A DNA stretch of 64,000 bases from the NCBI GenBank assembly GCA_030704615.1, contig CM060732.1, forward strand, positions 62,000,001 to 62,064,000, given 5' to 3'. This document shows, in pieces, positions 25,881-39,403 of the stretch (its first letter is position 1; each line of letters opens with the position of its first letter). This DNA is from Takakia lepidozioides (Eukaryota > Plantae > Bryophyta). The translations under genes were made by a program, and so were the position numbers. Under the pieces are notes generated by a model, which saw only the letters and a list, made by a program, of their open reading frames with translations, did not search any database and was not told the DNA's origin.

Positions 25881-26356
25881 ATGGATCCCAAGAAGAACAG
25901 CGGGTGTAGGAGAATACCCCAAACTCTCGTCAGTTTCTGGGGTTGGTGACCCTTCTTGCACTCAGAGGAGTTCTATTGACTGGAGGGGGAGGGATCACAC
26001 ACAGAGGGACTGTCATCACCATTCTCCTGGTCACTCCGGTTCTCATTTTCTTTAGCCCAGTCCTGATTCCCTTGGGTACATTGGTGTTTCTGGGTATCTA
26101 TGGGTTGGTGTCAGCGAGCCCATTTGGATATGCCTGTCTTGCTGGAATCTCATTGCTCTACAACTACTTCAAGGGAGGCAACCCCCTTGGCTTGGATCAG
26201 GTTGAGTATGCCTATCATCGCCTTACTGATACCGCCCGGCAACTGAAGCACAGGGCTGCCCAGTATGGATCTAATTCACAGAACTTTCTGCAGGCTAAAA
26301 CTGACGCTGTAGCACCTAGTGTCTTAGTAGTGTGTCTGCTCTCAGTTGGAGAGTAA
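25881..26356 (+). pseudogene. Oleosin pseudogene
   Basis: Proline knot TPVLIFFSPVLIP (PX5SPX3P) within a hydrophobic hairpin, TPNSRQ N-terminal motif, and YNYFKG..DQVEYA C-terminal motif. In-frame TAG at 25907-25909, ATG at 25881 out of frame, and charged residues in the hairpin. Confidence 0.8.
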
Positions 26357-26454
26357 GTTTTCTTTCCAGTTCTTTCTAGTTCTTGATGTAGTGGACAGGG
26401 TAGAGTGGACTCGAGAACAGCATCCTGGCAAATCTCTTCGACGGTATATCCTTC

Positions 26455-26665
26455 TGCTTAGAGGGGTGGAGATTAAGCTGGCGTCAACGCCATCTTAATC
26501 CAGACCCAGACAGACAGAAAGACAGGGTTCTTGAGTGGTTTCTGCTTTTCTGTTTGTTAATTTCCTTGTGCTTAGACGGGTGGAGATTAAGCTGGCGTCA
26601 ACGCCATCTTAATCCAGACCCAGATAGACAGGTACACAAACAGACAGACAGACAGACAGACAGAT
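26455..26665 (+). repeat. Duplicated ~60-bp hairpin unit followed by (GACA)n
   Basis: GGAGATTAAGCTGGCGTCAACGCCATCTTAATCCAGACCCAGA occurs at ~26468 and ~26582. The unit contains an internal inverted repeat. Confidence 0.8.
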
Positions 26666-29600
26666 ACACTCAGTGCCACTCACGGGATTCTGGGTTCAAA
26701 TCCTGCTACCTTGTCGGGTGTGTGGTATGATCTTCTCCACCCTCCTCCCCTTCTCCCCCTGTGAACCTTGTGCTGATGGCGAGGTTACTTTGAAAGAGTT
26801 TATTTTCTCCTCTCACTATAGTTAAGGGGCCTGATTTTTGTGAGCGGTCGCTCCAAGGTGTTTCCCTTTGGAAAAAAAAAACCTCCACCAGTCACAGCTG
26901 AGTGCACAGTGTGACAACTTTTCATACTGAATGCCTCTAACACAAGGCCTCACTCCTCCAAAGACCCAAGAGCATCTGGCTTTCCAAATGTTCCACTAGG
27001 TATGTGCACGTAGTGTGGCCCACATATGACATGCACTCCAGACATTGTCACCATGGTAATTCAAGAGCAGAATAGGAGGGTGAAAAGAGAAATAGCATAG
27101 AATGTAAACAACAAACACAACAGACCAACAGTGTAGAATAGCAAACAATGCTTTATTGTCTCCGGAACCGCTCGAACAAGGAACGGGATTCTTCGAAATG
27201 AACATTTGACAACATTTGACTTCCAAAGGTGCCATTTCATTAACAAATCATACCTCATTAACCCTTAAGGGCCCACGATACGACGATACCCGGATTTTGT
27301 GGAAGTAGATTTTTCAATGTGTTTTTTGCAGATGTTAATATTTTTTAATGATTCCAACCAGTGTTTTATAAGTTTCTGGCGAAAAATCACCATATTCCTC
27401 AGTCAGCTACTTGTACAAAGGAATTATGGGGGGTAAAATCTGAGATTTTCGCCAGAAAGCACCAGGAGAGAAATTTCAGGAGCCTAATTTTGCCAACATG
27501 GCCCAATGATAACATGACACCTGGAATATAGCCACTTTTCTAACTTTGTCACCTCGATATTCTTGCCACATACCAATTAGTACAATGATATATAACATTT
27601 AGTACTACTTACTAAACATGTGTGGTGTTGAATGTCAATGTAAACAGGAAATATGAGATAAGATAAAGATAAAGATTCTTTAATGTCCAGTAAATTTCCA
27701 AAGCCTACTGCTCAACACACAGGCCATCAAGGGCCCAATGGATAGTCTGAAGGCACATGTTGAAGGATGAGAGAGAGACAACGGCCAACAAAGTTAACAT
27801 AAATAAGAACGTGTTTCCCTTGGGGATATCATTTGTAGTAGTAGGCTCTACTATGATACAATACAATCAACCAGAAAAATGGATTTAGGGTTCTTACATA
27901 CTACTCTGTTGTGTCCACTGAATATGATGTTCCAAAAACAGCTTTGATGTCCCCAAATGTTATCACTACTTTTACTGTCAATATCTAGACCCATAACTCT
28001 ACTTCATGTGATTTCCGATATTCTGAAACTAATTATGGAGTGAGCAAGACCATATATATATACATATATATATGATGACAGCTGAAGCCAGCATAAATAA
28101 AAGTGCCAACATATCATATGCTCATGTTCATTGCGGAAGTCCGACCACCTTCCATACATATTTATCCGCGAGTAAAGGGTTCATACAAAATGATGTATCC
28201 TTCATATGAGACCTAGATCATACTTGCCTGCATGGAACTGAACTGCCGCCTATGTAGGCAGATGTCTATGGTTGTTGTATATGTGAGAAAGAGAGATATC
28301 AAAAGTCTTTCATGGCCAGCCCTAATTACCTGTTTTTTTCCCTTTTTGGTCTTGCACAAAGGGGCACGCCCAAATCTACCTAGTATTTCTAGGGGTTCAA
28401 ACAAATTTTCCTGCAACAGGCTTTGCGCCCTCTTTCCTTGGCTTTTGCTTATGTAATGAAAGTAAACTGGTCCAAAAGGTAACTGAAAGTCAGGCAATGG
28501 CTGGCTTGAAAGGCCACAGTCAACATTATTGTATATGTATCTTCAGTCCCACTACACCCAAAATGGGATGGAAAATCTGTACAACCAACTTGGCCAATCC
28601 CACTGGATTTGGCAAGTGCAGGCTTTACTCCACCCAACAATTGAAAAGGAGCTTTTCAGTTTAGGGTCCTTTCTACCAAGTTTCTAGTTTTAGGATCCTT
28701 TCTACCAAGTTTGTGGTGGATGTGCATGTAGGCCATGTCTTCCTCCTCATTGAGGTCATGCATTGGAACAAACCATACTCCTAGTAATTCACTTCGCACC
28801 CTTTTGCCTACAATGCCCAAAGAATGGAATTGTTATTGTCTCTGTGAGGCTGAAGGTAATTGGATGTAGCCAGCTTAATTAAGCTAACTAGCCACACGTT
28901 TCTCCACCGTGTGTTTCGTAAGTGTCGTAGTGGGAGAGGAATCCGAAAGATACTCGGGGGTTTTGTATATGGAGGAAGGGAGTGTAAAGATGGGTCGGTG
29001 GGAGAAGGAAGCAGGACAATACTCCGGTTTTCATGTGTTCGGGGAAGGGAGTGTGAAGATGGATCGGGAAAAGAAACTGGCCATCTTCACTCTATGTTCC
29101 ATATATCTGATCCATCTTCATTTTGGGTTTCGGGTTTCGAAGAGTGAGGTCCACCAGCCTCAAATGCGGGAGGGTCCGGATCTCTTAGCGTAGTAGGTAG
29201 TCTTCGTTGGGCAAGGTGCAGGAGGTGGGTCTGCTCCACATGCGTGCATATACCTATTTCGCTTGCATGTGCCAACCAACATGATGTCGGTTGGGTTACG
29301 ATTTCTTTGACCTTCTATCTCTGTGATAGTGAAGGATCTGGAAGAGAGGTGGGTTTATTTCATTTGTGTTCACATTCCCTGCTCGTGAGGGTTGGGATCT
29401 GATCTGAGCGCAGTAGCATTTCGACGTTGTAGAAGGCGTTTCTTGAGGTGGCTTTGTTTCGACTGTGTTGAAATTCCTTCCTGGTATTTTGATTGCAGCA
29501 GAACGGCAGGTTGGGCTCTCTACAGGTTGGGGTCTACGACTTCCATCTTAGTGATAGTGAAGGCACTACTGGCATATTGATTGCACATGCCGATCACCAC

Positions 29601-31759
29601 TGGCGGGTTTGCGCTTTCTTGGGCTCTCCATCTTTGTGACAGTGAATGCTCTGGAAAAGGTGTCTCTTGAGGCATGTTGGTTTCAGTTGTATTGACATTC
29701 CTTGCTGGGCAACAAAATGAGGCTTTCCATTTTCTCCGGGACTTCCATGTCTGTGAATATGCTGGCACTCATTGTTGCGGTGGGTTCCTCTTCCTTCATA
29801 GGAAGATTGGAGTTCTTTGATTGTATCCTGATCGCATTTACCGATCCATGATATAGCAGGTTGCGTCCGTCTCAAGGTGCTGGAGGTGGGTTTGTTTCAT
29901 TTGTGATGATTCTTGCCCATATTTTGATCTGCCAGAGCTGATCAACACAATCAAGTCCACGGCAGAGGATACCGTGTTTTCTGCCTCATTTCTGGTGACA
30001 TCCGTTGAGCTATGCTACTCGATCAAACTTGTAAACTTGGAGGATTTGGAGAAGAGGACGAATATTAGCATTGTAGATGACCACACTTTGTCAGCAATCT
30101 TATGCCTAACTTCTGGTTGTCTTGATGCAGTGCAGATCTCCTGGACATGTGAGCAAAATTCCATCCTTGTCACTTTGTAAAACTGTGGCATCAAGAATCA
30201 TCACGTTTTCTCCTCATGCATGTGAAGCTGCCACTTACCATAGATAAAGATGTTTGAGTGAGGAGGTCTATATCACAGCGCACTTCATATCCTACATAGA
30301 CACGGGAAATGCAACTGATATTCCGAAAAGCATTGGGGAACAATCACAAGTTCCTCTCATCTCTTTCTTTTGTCCTTAGATGCTCGAAAGCTTGCCTTTC
30401 AGGATCTCCTGGAACAGAACAAGCAGTATTATAGGTTGTGCAGATTGTAAGCATGCTTCCATTGTTTGCTGCTGTGATCATCTTGGCGGGAGCTCTTTCT
30501 CCCCGTTTCTTTAGGATATGAATCACTCTATATTATCTCCCCTTACTCTCCTATTCCACAACATCTTCATGTATGGGAAGTGGTAGCTTTGGCAGTGGGG
30601 ACGTTTCTCATTATTTGGTGCTCACTGAACATAGTAGCTTGAAAATGTTATAGAGAAGGCATTCTTAGGCACCCACCAAAGCATGCCATCACACTCTGCT
30701 TGAGACATTGGGTAGACTTTGGGAGGCTAACAGAAATGCCTCCTGATTTGAAAGTAGTGCTATCGGATTCAGAAAATTTCACCTCTACAATTGCAAAATA
30801 CCCATAATTAGTAGCCTTTGTTATGGATGGAATCATGCTTAATAGGTGGCAATTTGACTAGTTCGTAGATTGATCTCCTTGCCGTGCATTCTTTAGTTGG
30901 CAGAGGAAGTTGGACTTTTGATTAGTGCTTAATGCATTGTACTTCTGCCTGATGCCCTATCTTTTTGTCTGTCATCTAAGTCGAAAAGGTGTGGTTTCGT
31001 GGAGTCTTTAGTAAAGATCCTTTTGTTTGTTATCTAAGTTTGACAGCTGTGCTAGCAAATGGATAGATTCTGGGATTTTCAGTGGCCTGTGGTTTCTTGT
31101 ATGCATCGAGCTAGAAATTCTCACATCTGTACCCACTGGATAGATTCTTTGATTTTGAAATGTAGATGAGTAGATTATGGGATTTTCAATGAAATGTGGT
31201 TTGTGTCTTATGCATCTCTTAAATGCAAGTTATCACTTATGCTTCACCTCTCTCTTATGTCATGACAGGCCGTGTTGGGGATCTTTCCTTGTGACAGTTC
31301 CGCCTCCAGAAGCCAAGCCTTATGTGGTTAAGTTCGCATTGTGCACTTGCATATGCTTTGAAACTCTTGTGGCTGAGGGCCAAGCTAAGGTCCAACAAGT
31401 TCTGGAAGCTCCCTTCTTCAAGGTGATGTCTGTCAAAAACTATGCACCAGCTCCTTATTTCTGGTAACACTTTACCCCACCCTCTTGCTACCGTTTGATG
31501 GGCAGACATTTTGACTTGAAACGATCAACTACTCTTCGTTAGAGACAAATCCTGGCTAAAAGGGTGGTAGAAAGAAGAACTTTTTTACTTCCACAGCAGT
31601 TTATAACACCCAGAGGAGTCCAGAGAGAACGAAAAAATAGAAAGGAGCTTCATGAGAAGAAACAGAGGAAAACACTAATCACGTCTACCAGAGCCCAAGG
31701 GGGGGGGTGCCGTGGTGGCCGGGGCTAAGGGCCCATGGGACATTGTAGAAAAAGTGTAT

Positions 31760-32800
31760 TCTTGTTTGCCATAGCCTTGTGGCAATAGACCCCGTGCCCA
31801 GTTTGGCTGGAACAGGCTACCTTTGTGAGCAGTGGGACTTCCTTGATATAAAGAATTATTTCTGGCTTTCCTAGAAGCCCTTCACACAAGCATCCATCTG
31901 CTGTTTGTGAGCTGCCCAGCAATTAGACAGGGTTTAGGGTTTAGGGTCAGCCTTGAGATTTTGAAAGTTGGTGAACAAAGGTGCAGTTTAAATTTCAGTC
32001 TAGTGTTGAGGATAGGCAGGCCCTTCAGATCATCCTTAAGGTCCTCACCCATGTCTCAAACTGGAGTTTCAGGGAAGTTCAGGGAAGTTTTATGCGTAAC
32101 TTCCGCATGCAATTAGTTTCCTACGATTGATCATATCAGCCACAGAAGTGAAGAAGCTCTTCCAAGAGTCCACAGCTCTTTCGACCTCGCCACTTGCATC
32201 AGCCAAACAAGAGGGGAGATCTTGGAGCAATTGGATGAGGGTGGAAGAGCCTAATTAAGTCCTGGACAGTCTATCACTACCTCTTCCCTCTGGAATACAC
32301 CTTTTTGATCTCAGTCCAAACAAGAAAGTGATCAGAAGCACCAATATCAGTCCTATTAACCAACACTTTGGCACACTGGGGAAACTACTCCTTATCCACT
32401 ATGATATATTCCAGAGTGGAAAGTTCCCCAGTTTGGGCTTTTTCATGAATCTTTTGACCTATTGTTCAAAAGCTGAAGCTCTTCCAGGCAATTGATAAGC
32501 CGCTTAATGATGTTGTCCTGTTGTAGACCCTTGCCCATTGGGCATTGACGTCTTCTAACAAGACCACGTGACCTCTGGCGAGGAACTTGGCAGTCAAGCT
32601 TAACTTCCTGGAGGGCTTTATCAATGTCAACATTGAGTGCTCCCTCTGTAGGCATGTAGACACATCCCACAAGGAGGTCCGTAGCCCTCAACCTGCCCTT
32701 CAGTTTCAGTCTCAGCCAAATACTGTGTTTGTAGTGAAGTTCCTTGTTGATAATTGTCACACAGGAAATCATGGACACACCCCTCAGATGGCCTGTGCAA
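31760..32800 (-). mobile_element. Degenerate, internally deleted LINE (same family as 40205-41580)
   Basis: APE-like fragment WLRLKL..LLVGCVYMPTEG (32443-32880 ORF). The 3' end TGTTTGCCATAGCCTTGTGGC and CCTTCACACAAGCATC match the 40205-41580 element. Confidence 0.65.
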
Positions 32801-33119
32801 AGTAGAAAAATAGAGAGAGAGAAAGAAAGATGCTTATCACAAGGGAGGCCCAGAGGGCCCAAGGAACACGAGAAGAACAAGAGAAATCACAGTGAAAGAA
32901 AAATGAAATGAAAGGAACGTTATGACATCCATGGAAAGCTCAAAAGAGCTTATGGGACAAAGGAAACATGATACAAGGAAAACAAGAGAGATGCAACTTG
33001 ACATTACAACATTCTAAATGACAAAAGGTTCTCCTCTAATATCTAGAGGGGTTGATAAGTTAAAATGTAGCAGGGTTGCAAGAATTAGAGTTAATCTTGC
33101 CACATGTTAAAAACCTGCT

Positions 33120-34765
33120 CTAGTCCCTACTGTCTGACAACTGAATTTGAGTTCGGCACTTGAATTGTTGCACACCATCCTTCAGGTGTGCAAGCAATTT
33201 CGGAAGTTCCTGTATCTGGAAGTCCTGTTGCAAATTCGCCACACTATTCACGTCATCTGGCACTCTTTTGCTGCCATCTCCTCTGTGAAAAATGTGGGCT
33301 AGCAATGTCAGGTTGGTGGTGTCCATGAGTTCGAACACACAGATGTCACCTTCTGTCAACTTGTGTGTTCTGCAGAACTGAACCCATCCTTTTGTTAATC
33401 CCATGTGGGTCTCATTTTCCCGGAGCCATACCATTGGCCATCGACGCCCGGCTGGATCTATCAATTCCATGTTTGTCGTCTTTGGTGGCATAAATCTTTT
33501 TCCAAATTTGATTTTAAACCTCTGCAATCCACCATTGCAGCCATGTTGAAAAACTGTTATTGAGGCTTTGTCAATGCATGAGCAGCCTGAAAAATCTAGT
33601 TAATAGAAATACAAGTCGAGAAAGACCAAAGTTCCAAAAGATTCACTTTGTCAAACCTTGTACAGTTTGTACCCTCTTTCTTTACTTCGTTTTCCTTTTT
33701 GTGGTGTTACAAATGACAATTGCACATTTAACTTCCCTTTGTTGAAATGATCTTGCTACTATTGAATTCAAACATTGTGTTGGATCCTCACCAGAAATTT
33801 ACGCATCACATGGAATGTTTGCAAAGCAACCAAGTGGCAAGGCCTCTTTGATTGGTTTACAACATGACTGGCCTGCTCAATGATGGAATTTGAGATGCTA
33901 GTCTCAGTCCTCTGTTTCCTTTGATCCATGTTAGAGTCCATGGCAAACTCCCGTGCTGTTGCAGTATGTTGGTGCACCCCAACCTCGACAGGTTTCTTCT
34001 TTTGGGCTTCCACCACTAGCCTCTTTTTCAAGGAGCGTTGAGTCGTGGGTCCTTCCACTGGACTTGTTGACTCGGGAGCAGTATCTCTCTCCTTCCGCTT
34101 TCCCCCTTGCAGCATTGGGGAAGCTTTACAATCAGAAACCCAAGTGAGGGTGCTCTCTTTTGGAACAGTGGTTTTGGTGTCAACCACCTTGACTGCAGAC
34201 TCTGAATTTCCCCCTTGTGGCATTGGGGGAGCTTGACAGCAAAAAGTCCGAGTGTTTTTGGCTGTGAGAGCCCTCACCTTCTGAACTGCGGTTTTGATGT
34301 CAAATACCTGGACTGAAAACTGGGACCTTCCAGTCAGCGTGAACACTAGAGTGTCTTCCATCTCCAAGTTGTTGTCTGCCACAAAACCCCTCCAGCCCTC
34401 TTTGAAGGCTACGCAGTCGGCAGTGCGTCCAATAACGACCTGCCACACTTGACCGCTCGGGCCCTGCAGATTTGCAGCCTGCCCAATGTCTTTGTTATGA
34501 GACTTGATGAATGCTGCAGGGATAACCTGCACAAGCAGCTCCCACCCATAACGGTTAGTGCTGCATGATGTTCACAACAAGCAGAAAAAAGAGAAGAGAA
34601 AAGGAAGCAGAAAAAGCAGAACTACAGCAAACAATTGAGAGCAGGAAAAAAAGCTCTGACAGTTAGGGGGTTGAGGAACCATACCATCCAGGAGCTGGCC
34701 ATCTCAGCCAGATTACTCTTGACCAAAGCCTTACAGAAAACAGGGGCCTGAGGCGCCTCTTCCAT
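33120..34765 (-). CDS. B3 DNA-binding domain protein (REM-like), two B3 domains
   Basis: B3 #1: FCKALV../VIPAAFIK..LQGPSGQVWQVVI..FKEGWRGFVADNNLEMEDTLVF..FSVQVFD. B3 #2: LIDPAGRRWPMVW..LTKGWVQFCRTHKLTEGDICVFEL..AHIF. Exons ~34765-34685, 34526-33792, 33521-33120. Confidence 0.88.
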
Positions 34766-34809
34766 TTCCAGATCGCTGTGATTCTGAAAACAGTTAGAAT
34801 ACATGCTTC

Positions 34810-35470
34810 AAACCATCTATTACAACCAGAGCATTGGAATTCAACTTTCACCGATTCTCTTAGGTGGGGAGCCTGGTGTGGAGAGATAGCTGTGAGTTAA
34901 ATATCAAAACTGCTTTGTCAAAACTGAATCGGTAAGATGGAGAGCCTCATGTGGAGGGATAGCTGTGAGTTAAATGTCAAAACTGCATTGTCAAAACTGA
35001 ATTGGTAAGATGGCATGTTCTGCCACACCAACAAGATGGACCAAGAAGTCACCCCATATAGACAGATGAAGTCAGAAGCTCCAAACCATCTATTACAACC
35101 AGAACATTGGAATTCAACTTAAAACAGATCTGTAAGGTGAAGAGTCTCCTGCAGAGAGCGCTGAGTTACTTGTACATGCATTGCCAAAACTATAGCAGTA
35201 GACAGTATGTGAGCACCTTCAATTCTGCTACACCAATGAGATCAAGGACCAAATGCAAAAGGCAGAATTCTCTTAGACCCCACAGAGACAAATGAAGCCA
35301 GAAGCTTCAAACTATGTGTGACAACCAGAGCATTGCAATTCAACTTCCACATGGAGAGCCTCCTGCAGAGCGAGTTTCATGTATGTACATTGCTGAAACT
35401 AAATCAGACATGTGAGCACCTGCAATTTTGCTACACTAAGACAAGATCAAGGTGCCTAAAGACAAGGATA
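34810..35470. repeat. Local diverged tandem duplications upstream of the B3 gene
   Basis: ACAACCAGA[AG]CATTG..ATTCAACTT at ~34822, ~35094 and ~35321. A ~73-bp unit is duplicated at ~34870 and ~34943. Confidence 0.7.
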
Positions 35471-35871
35471 CGTATTCTCATACCTTTCAGAGACAGATTA
35501 AGCCAGAAGCCGACAGAGCCGAGCGAGCAGAACAGAGCGAGAGAGAGAGAGAGGCTCCAACACACTTCACCACACTGCGTCAATGCCTCTGCCCGAACCT
35601 TCTCATCCTTCAAGTAATAGCGAAATGGATGGATGAAACAGTGGTACTGCCGTTCATTTACTTATTCACACAGTTTTGCCAGCTCTCCGTGGATGAGAGT
35701 GACCCCATTTATTCACTTTCTTTACCCCACCCCTGCACTGCTCACACACCTCACTCTGATTAGACCCACCCCATCCATCCATCCACACATCCCTACTTTT
35801 CACCTCTTTCATCCATTCCACTCTTACTTGCTCTCTTAAACTCATTTTTTAAATTTTCCGCTAAAATCATG

Positions 35872-35945
35872 TCGGCCTGTTATAGTGTGCCAAGTGGTAA
35901 TGGGCACATACCACTCGGAAGTGGTTGTGGGTTCAATCCACCGAT
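35872..35945 (+). mobile_element. Possible tRNA-derived SINE head
   Basis: A-box-like GTGCCAAGTGG (~35887) and B-box GGTTCAATCC (~35930) at tRNA-like spacing. Confidence 0.4.
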
Positions 35946-36254
35946 TGGTGTCGCAAAGGTGTCCACCTTCCTATCGGAAGGCAGTAACCCTTGGGTTACG
36001 CTTCCTTGGGGAGGGGGAGGCCTCATATATAATGCTATTTGATGAATGTGGGAATGGTCTGACAGCCCAAGGACCCACCATTGAAAAGGGACATGTCACA
36101 TCCAACGGCTTGGAGGTGGCCAGGTGTCGCGCAAGCTAGTAAATAAATATATAAATTCCGGGATATTTGTTATGAGCCAAATTTGGGTAGTAGTCACTAG
36201 TCACATCACAGTCGGTGGCTCAGTTGAGTGCCACCCTGCTGATTCTGCTAAGTA

Positions 36255-38360
36255 TCTCGTTGCCTGTTCTTATCTGCTCACTCACTTTATCTTCTCTCTC
36301 TAATTGCTATCAAGGGCCTACACCTCCAACTTCCTCCTGCTGCTTCAGAAAGAAAGAAAGAAAGAATGGCGGCCCACTGCTGTAGTGATGGCATTCAAAC
36401 ATTGGGTCACTCTGGTGTTTGTCAGCTGGTGTAAGCAGAAGGTACTGCAGGGTCCCGCTGAAACAAGTCTCCTCATCTTTGACCGAGACAGTGGGTTGAC
36501 ACTTGACACTTGACACCTGAATTGTTATCATTCTCACAGTATCACTACAATAACAGCAGCAATCTAACCGTGCAAGCCACAAACACCGTGCACTGCACAC
36601 AAAGAGCAGGGCTGAATGCTCTAAGTGAAAGGAGTTGGACCTTTTTGCGAGTTGGGTCCTTCCCTCAAGAGTGACAACATGAGCTGCTCCTCATCTGGGC
36701 CATGGATCACACCTTGCCAGGTTGCTAGCTTAAAAGTTATACCATGGAACATGAGCGATACACCCATTCATCACTGAGGTGATCCAGATCCAGGTTGCAC
36801 CCCCGGGAAATTCTTTGTTCAGCTCCAGGTTTGCAGCGGCATAGCATCTAATGAGGTACCGCCTCTCGCGGGGCTATATTTGCAAATGGCCCAGACAACC
36901 AATCTTGTAAGCGGCGATCGATGCCGGCAGTAGTGCCTATTTTTGGTTTCTACGATGGAGTTCAGCTTGGGATGGTAGCTAAAGCGAGACGAGGGAGCTG
37001 ATCGGATCATGTACATGCGAATGTACATGAACATTCAAAATCTATTACGCTTAGATTATTTCAACTTGTAATATATTTTTCATCAGGACACTTGATTCAG
37101 ACTATGAAGTCCCAGATGGTCAATTTGATTGCATGGATCCAAGAACAATCAAAGACAAGTTGGCCAGAATTCTAAGACAGTGGAGGTTTAATTGCTCGTT
37201 ATGGTGTACCGTTTGATATTCAAACTTTGCACACTCGGTACTGGATATGCTTTGGACCGGCAAGAAGGCCTGCATTGGCTCCGTATCTCATCAAGACAGG
37301 CCATGATTAAACGTGGGAGTGTAGGGCATCAGCAGTGTAAGAGTGCTCAAGTGAGAAAAGCCCTGGCGGTGGAAAACGACAACAGAAGGGTAGTAGGTAG
37401 TTCAGCTGGATATTGCACTGAGTCCCACCCAGGTGAGTCTCGGCTCAACTCCTGCTACCTCGTTGGGTGTTCTCATCTGCTCACTCAGTTTATGTTTTCT
37501 CTCTAAATGCTATCAAGGGGATACCTCCAAATTCCTCCTGCTAGTTCCCCCCGGAAAGAAAGAAAGAAAGAAAAGAATGCTGGTTCCCTTTCCTCCACAT
37601 GGAGTATTGCTTTGACCAAGGTGGGGTATGGTGGGGCATCAACAGATCGCCTGGATGACGGGCCACTGCTGTACTAATGGCATTCAAACATTGGGTCATT
37701 CTGGTGTTTGCCAGCTGGTGTAAGCAGAAGGTGCAGGTCCCGTTGGAAACAAGTCTCCTCATCTTTGACCCGAGACAGTGGGTTGACACTTGACACCTGA
37801 ATTGTTATCATTCTCACACTATCACTACAATAACAGCAGCAATCTGGCCCTTGCAACCACAAACGGCACTGCACAAACCAAAGAGCAGGGTTGAATGCTC
37901 TTTAAGTGAAGAGAGTTGGAGCTCTTCGCGAGTTGGGTTCTTCTTGTCCAGATGTCTGTAGTTAGTGACGTTGTTTACAGATCCTGACAATCAAAGACAT
38001 GTTGGCCAAAATTCAAGACAGTGGAGGTTTAATTGCTAGTTATGGTGTACCGTTTGCTATTCAAACTTTGCACACTTGGTACTGGATATGCTTTGACCTG
38101 GCAAGCAGGCCTGCATTGGCTCCGTACCTCATCAAGATTAAACGTGGGAGTGTTGGGCATCAGAAGAGTAATTTCCGAGGCTGTGTTGTACAGAGTATCC
38201 AAACGAAGGAAGAAGAAGAAGAAGAAAAGTAGGTTTGGGGATTGCTCAAGTGAGAAAAGCCCTGGCGGTGGAAAACCAGAACAAAATATTAGTATTGTAG
38301 GTAGTTTACTGGATAGTCCCACCCAGGTGAGTCTCGGTTCAAATCCTTGTTGGGTGCGGT
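36255..38360 (+). repeat. Overlapping segmental duplications containing tRNA-like SINE heads
   Basis: 36255-36665 matches 37455-37940, and 37145-37460 matches 37985-38360. A-box TAGTTCAGCTGG and B-box GG[CT]TCAA[CA]TCC occur at ~37398-37452 and ~38300-38346. Confidence 0.8.
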
Positions 38361-39403
38361 ATGATCTTCTTCCCTTGGCTGGTGTGGTGGTGGGGTGAAA
38401 GGGAAGAAGAGGCGCAAAGCAAACAAGAGTTCAAATCCCTGTAAACCATCTCTCTCCGCGTTCAGGGCTGGAGCTCTTGTGAAGCCTCATTTTGTGCTTG
38501 AGAGATATCCTCATTTCTTCTCTGAGCTGTCACAGTTGTCAAGGGGACATAGACATGAACAACGGGCTTGGCCTACCGTTGTTGAATACCTCCCGAGAAG
38601 CCCTTCCTGAGCTGCTGCGCAACAATGAGAAGCCAGCAAGAGCGTTGAATATTCTGGAGATGTAAACTCGAAGATGCTGCCAATCCGGTCCGAAATACCA
38701 CATAGGAATCATCTGTCAATCCCTGACAAGTTGATGGCGTTGCGTTAGTCCACTCCATGGGTCGATGAACTGCAGGCTAGCTCGTCTCATTTAGGTCTTT
38801 GTCCTACAGCTTGCGCTAACAAGACAGTGCTGGAGAGTGAAAGAATAGTTCTTCTCCCTACGAATTTAAAAATCCAGGGCCGCTAGTTTCGCCTAAAATT
38901 AAAGACAGCCAGAGATCATGTGTTCCGTTATGAGGATCTCATGAGATGTCTTGCGGCATATGTACCTCGCCTGGGCTCTACAAGTTATACAATCTCTTGA
39001 AGTTGCATCCAGCTAATTTCCTTCTTTGCGCAGTTCAGATTTTTGGTGGCCACATAAATTCTTATTTTCTGTATCCCTTGTCTCCTAACTTTCTCTTTGA
39101 GCTTCCCGTGGATGTTGCAAAGTACAATCTTTCTTTTTCTGCACATGTTCTGATCTGCAAAGGTTTCGTCTGGATCGTACCTCCATCTTTCTCTCCCTCT
39201 GCATCTGATCAGTCGACTAAAACTCCTCAGGTGTGCACCAGTGCCAATTGATCTCTTTCAAATCAATGCTTAATCGGTATAACTAACTAGTGCTTTTTGG
39301 ATCTGTGCAGGACAGATTTAATAATGTGAGGAATCTCTGATCAGAAAGTGTACACAGGAAGAAATAAAGCACTTGGACTATGAACTAATCATATAATCAT
39401 GCA

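Noticed and set aside
27655-27750. (AGATAA)n tract next to a possible LINE 3' end on the minus strand
   Set aside because: Too short to confirm, with no RT sequence or TSD.
28200-31500. Numerous short ORFs on both strands
   Set aside because: No identifiable motifs or consistent exon structure. Probably decayed repeats or intergenic DNA.
31929-31946. AGGGTTTAGGGTTTAGGG telomere-like tract
   Set aside because: Only ~2.5 units inside a LINE remnant, which is insufficient for an interstitial telomere call.
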